From: Nemertoderma westbladi
Taxonomy: Eukaryota; Animalia; Xenacoelomorpha
Length of the DNA: 64,000 nucleotides
Reading direction: 5' to 3'
Assembly: GCA_032718475.1 (NCBI GenBank)
Contig: JAUCBJ010007607.1
Location: 1 to 64,000 of the forward strand
In this document: positions 62,801-64,000 of the stretch, one piece after another
Layout: each line of letters starts with the position of its first letter
How positions within the stretch are numbered: position 1 is the stretch's first letter
Made by a program: the position numbers and the translations under genes
The notes under the pieces: model-generated
Database searches by the model: none
Told to the model about the DNA's origin: nothing
The model's input: the letters and a program-made list of their open reading frames with translations, nothing else

Positions 62801-64000
62801 GCACTTCTTGCAACTCTAGCCTACTTTCCCTCACTGTTCCCTTTAAATGTTGGACAGTCCCTTCCAACTCTCGGACCTGTTGGGAGGAGCGTATCCGATT
62901 CTCCTTCATCTCTCCGAGGAGAATATCCATTCCCCGCCGTCTCTCGTCTACCCAATCAACCGCCGAAACGGGATCCGCCAACGTCGTAGCGGGCAGACGA
63001 GGGACAACGGGCGACAAATTTGGAATATTTCGCTCGGGGTCCAGGACCTGAACTGTCTCCTGGGCAGTTCTACGGGGCACAGGTAGCTTAGTGCTATGCA
63101 GAGGGAATTTATAGGTAGCTTCAGGGAGCACAGGTGTATCTATTACCGAAGGGGTGATTTCAAGAACAGGCCTACTTATTTCAGGCTCATCTACTATAGT
63201 AGGGAGTCTTTCTATTGTAATTATTTGGTCTGTGGGTTCTGTACTCTCTAAGTTGGTGTTATTTAGTTGCCTTCTAACAGCTGGAGGCAAATCAGGCAAT
63301 TTTTGACGGTGGAATGTTCTTTTACGTCTGCTTAGGCGGGATCGATTTCCTCTGCCTTCAGTGTCGGTGGTATCGCCTTCCTCAGATGATGTATAACCTT
63401 GTCGTTTGGGAGTAGATCGATTCATCATCTGCATATTACTAGCTGTTAACTGTTTATTAAAGTCATCTTGCCTCTCTTGAAGATTTTCCAACTCTAGTTG
63501 GGTTGTCTCTTCAGATGCCCTCCATTCTGCTTCTGCCACTGCTATCTTTCTTTCCGCTTCTGCTGCTGCCGCTTTCCTTTCCGCTTCTACGGCTGCAGCT
63601 GCCGCTTTTGCCTCTGCCGCTGCCGCTTTCCTTTCCGCTTCTACGGCTGCAGCTGCCGCTTTTGCCTCTGCCGCTGCCTCTGCTGCCTTTCTTTCTGCTT
63701 CTGCCGCTGCCACTGCCGCTGCTGCTGTCTTTCTATCTTCTATACGTTTTTTCCTTACTTGTTCTTCCTTTTCTCTAGCGATGCGGAGTTGTTCATCGCA
63801 TTTAGCTTGGTTCGCCGCTAACCTATCCACATCAATCGCATCTAACACAAGTTTGGCTCTTTTGCTATTAGGGCTAAGTCCCTCTAGCCTTCTCCTCAAC
63901 TCGTCATCTCCTAAAAAACGTTGATAGTCTGACAGATAGATGTCAATGGCATCCCTCTTATGCGGTTTCTCTGCTGTCACTTCGCTCTCGGTTGTATCTA
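59880..64000 (-). CDS. gag: BEL/Pao Gag-protease polyprotein fused in frame to an RNase H C-terminal remnant (5'-partial, over 1366 aa)
   Basis: Ala-rich coiled coil, IVKFNGDEMKW...EKLRFLIECLEGPP, CVLCDGPHRLNAC, CYNCLRRGHQRRTC, CAKCGAKHHILLH, ALLDSGS, then directly QWRYCPKKFNPTDIASRG; no YVDD, no DDE. Confidence 0.9.
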   Translation of the reverse strand, partial: DTTESEVTAEKPHKRDAIDIYLSDYQRFLGDDELRRRLEGLSPNSKRAKLVLDAIDVDRLAANQAKCDEQLRIAREKEEQVRKKRIEDRKTAAAAVAAAEAERKAAEAAAEAKAAAAAVEAERKAAAAEAKAAAAAVEAERKAAAAEAERKIAVAEAEWRASEETTQLELENLQERQDDFNKQLTASNMQMMNRSTPKRQGYTSSEEGDTTDTEGRGNRSRLSRRKRTFHRQKLPDLPPAVRRQLNNTNLESTEPTDQIITIERLPTIVDEPEISRPVLEITPSVIDTPVLPEATYKFPLHSTKLPVPRRTAQETVQVLDPERNIPNLSPVVPRLPATTLADPVSAVDWVDERRRGMDILLGEMKENRIRSSQQVRELEGTVQHLKGTVRESRLELQEVQQSIALERDKLVNTQKGIPPPSVTMCQPVRSEVSHAQGVEPTRIYTASEVETPIVNPIKGNYMPVDNDIPYRVDHNPRNLYTDNSILNNTMAQESFTRQMARTEARQAVKVGEIVKFNGDEMKWLPFNEYYKDNIQNSVLSNGEKLRFLIECLEGPPKSMALKFIGHPDGLRQVWDTLNIRYGNKTNIARYLYAKLMAPRKFLSSGIIEFSDEIQEICRQLDWLGKSHEYQNSMVVGALASTLPKGGVGTRWDKKVLYMMEQQRRDPTMTDLMSFLDREVKLQLLRQSREKTLENKVSEKPVSRRRVTPVCYTDDGESQTSQGEDSGKDTDRSYYVNKMPKDQVSKSESRPNDRREPVQKTLPTSPKRIQVRKPEERTSVHHIAQVKVSNIKPKCVLCDGPHRLNACDKFLRKSLKDRREVMWDKWLCYNCLRRGHQRRTCNSDARCAKCGAKHHILLHTEFERNSPSQVSESELHVQFSDVNDTDQSEMEGFYTDEFSDQNESCYLINTTAVYRALVYEKDTDSDLTLTTSDQQPSWKAPTSNIGIREFPVVQLRVHGPQKSYIVNALLDSGSTGTFVDKELAEVIFAGQPKFRTKLNMSGIMQVWNSTVAANYYIGELSTPQDELGEHSIRSVKMVAIKNFATTQADLYNWDEDESIQHLNIPRFQTDYPGVQILIGQNAHEALETLEKRPAQPQPLQTYAVRTRVGWYLTGPSRRTLRERLLQDRVCQVSEWEDDTSEGDDPTEGTPHSSDNDNLSSNVDQWRYCPKKFNPTDIASRGATPQELTDTIDRLGEPDFLSKENEWPPHLTPTEIRPAKGAEKVEPETRTGGSELFEPGIDLSVLHVARDDAVDLGLPSASGSFMKIRESDWSSGTSDVSQGLSPLLQRATDHYSSWNRLCDTVIYFERCFYRHYSRTKRKPGIVFRMQRLNHPVGRLCLSEGNGGLSGNCGRQDSLPTTTSLILQTSRDSIT

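Larger units (their letters stand above)
54937..64000 (-). mobile_element. Second BEL/Pao element, internally deleted (no RT, no integrase); 5' part outside window
   Basis: gag-PR ORF 59880->63980, degenerate downstream ORF fragments, PPT-like GGGAGCGG and a candidate 3' LTR. Confidence 0.75.

Overview
AT-rich eukaryotic (probably invertebrate animal) DNA made almost entirely of nested transposable elements. In order: a degenerate RTE-type LINE in the last intron of a host gene whose terminal exon resembles CBARP/BARP; a Kolobok-like MITE; a full-length CR1/L2-type LINE with a 2A-like motif, inserted into a DINE/HINE-like repeat; a piggyBac-like MITE inside a minisatellite; a small spliced OB-fold gene; a complete 16.3-kb BEL/Pao LTR retrotransposon (19523-35837, minus strand); a 5.5-kb Polinton/Maverick-type foldback element; an intron-containing Helitron-family Rep-helicase gene with about 25 STPR repeats, split by a CACTA-like MITE; and a second, internally deleted BEL/Pao element that runs off the window. 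The best novelty candidate is the complete BEL/Pao element. It has no tRNA-type PBS; the 11 nt next to its 5' LTR are instead perfectly complementary to a site inside its own LTR (Tf1-like self-priming geometry). It also has TA...TA instead of TG...CA termini, an env-position spliced ORF encoding a triple zinc-knuckle protein, and nine dispersed copies of a 17-nt hairpin motif. All family calls come from motif recognition by eye; no searches were run.
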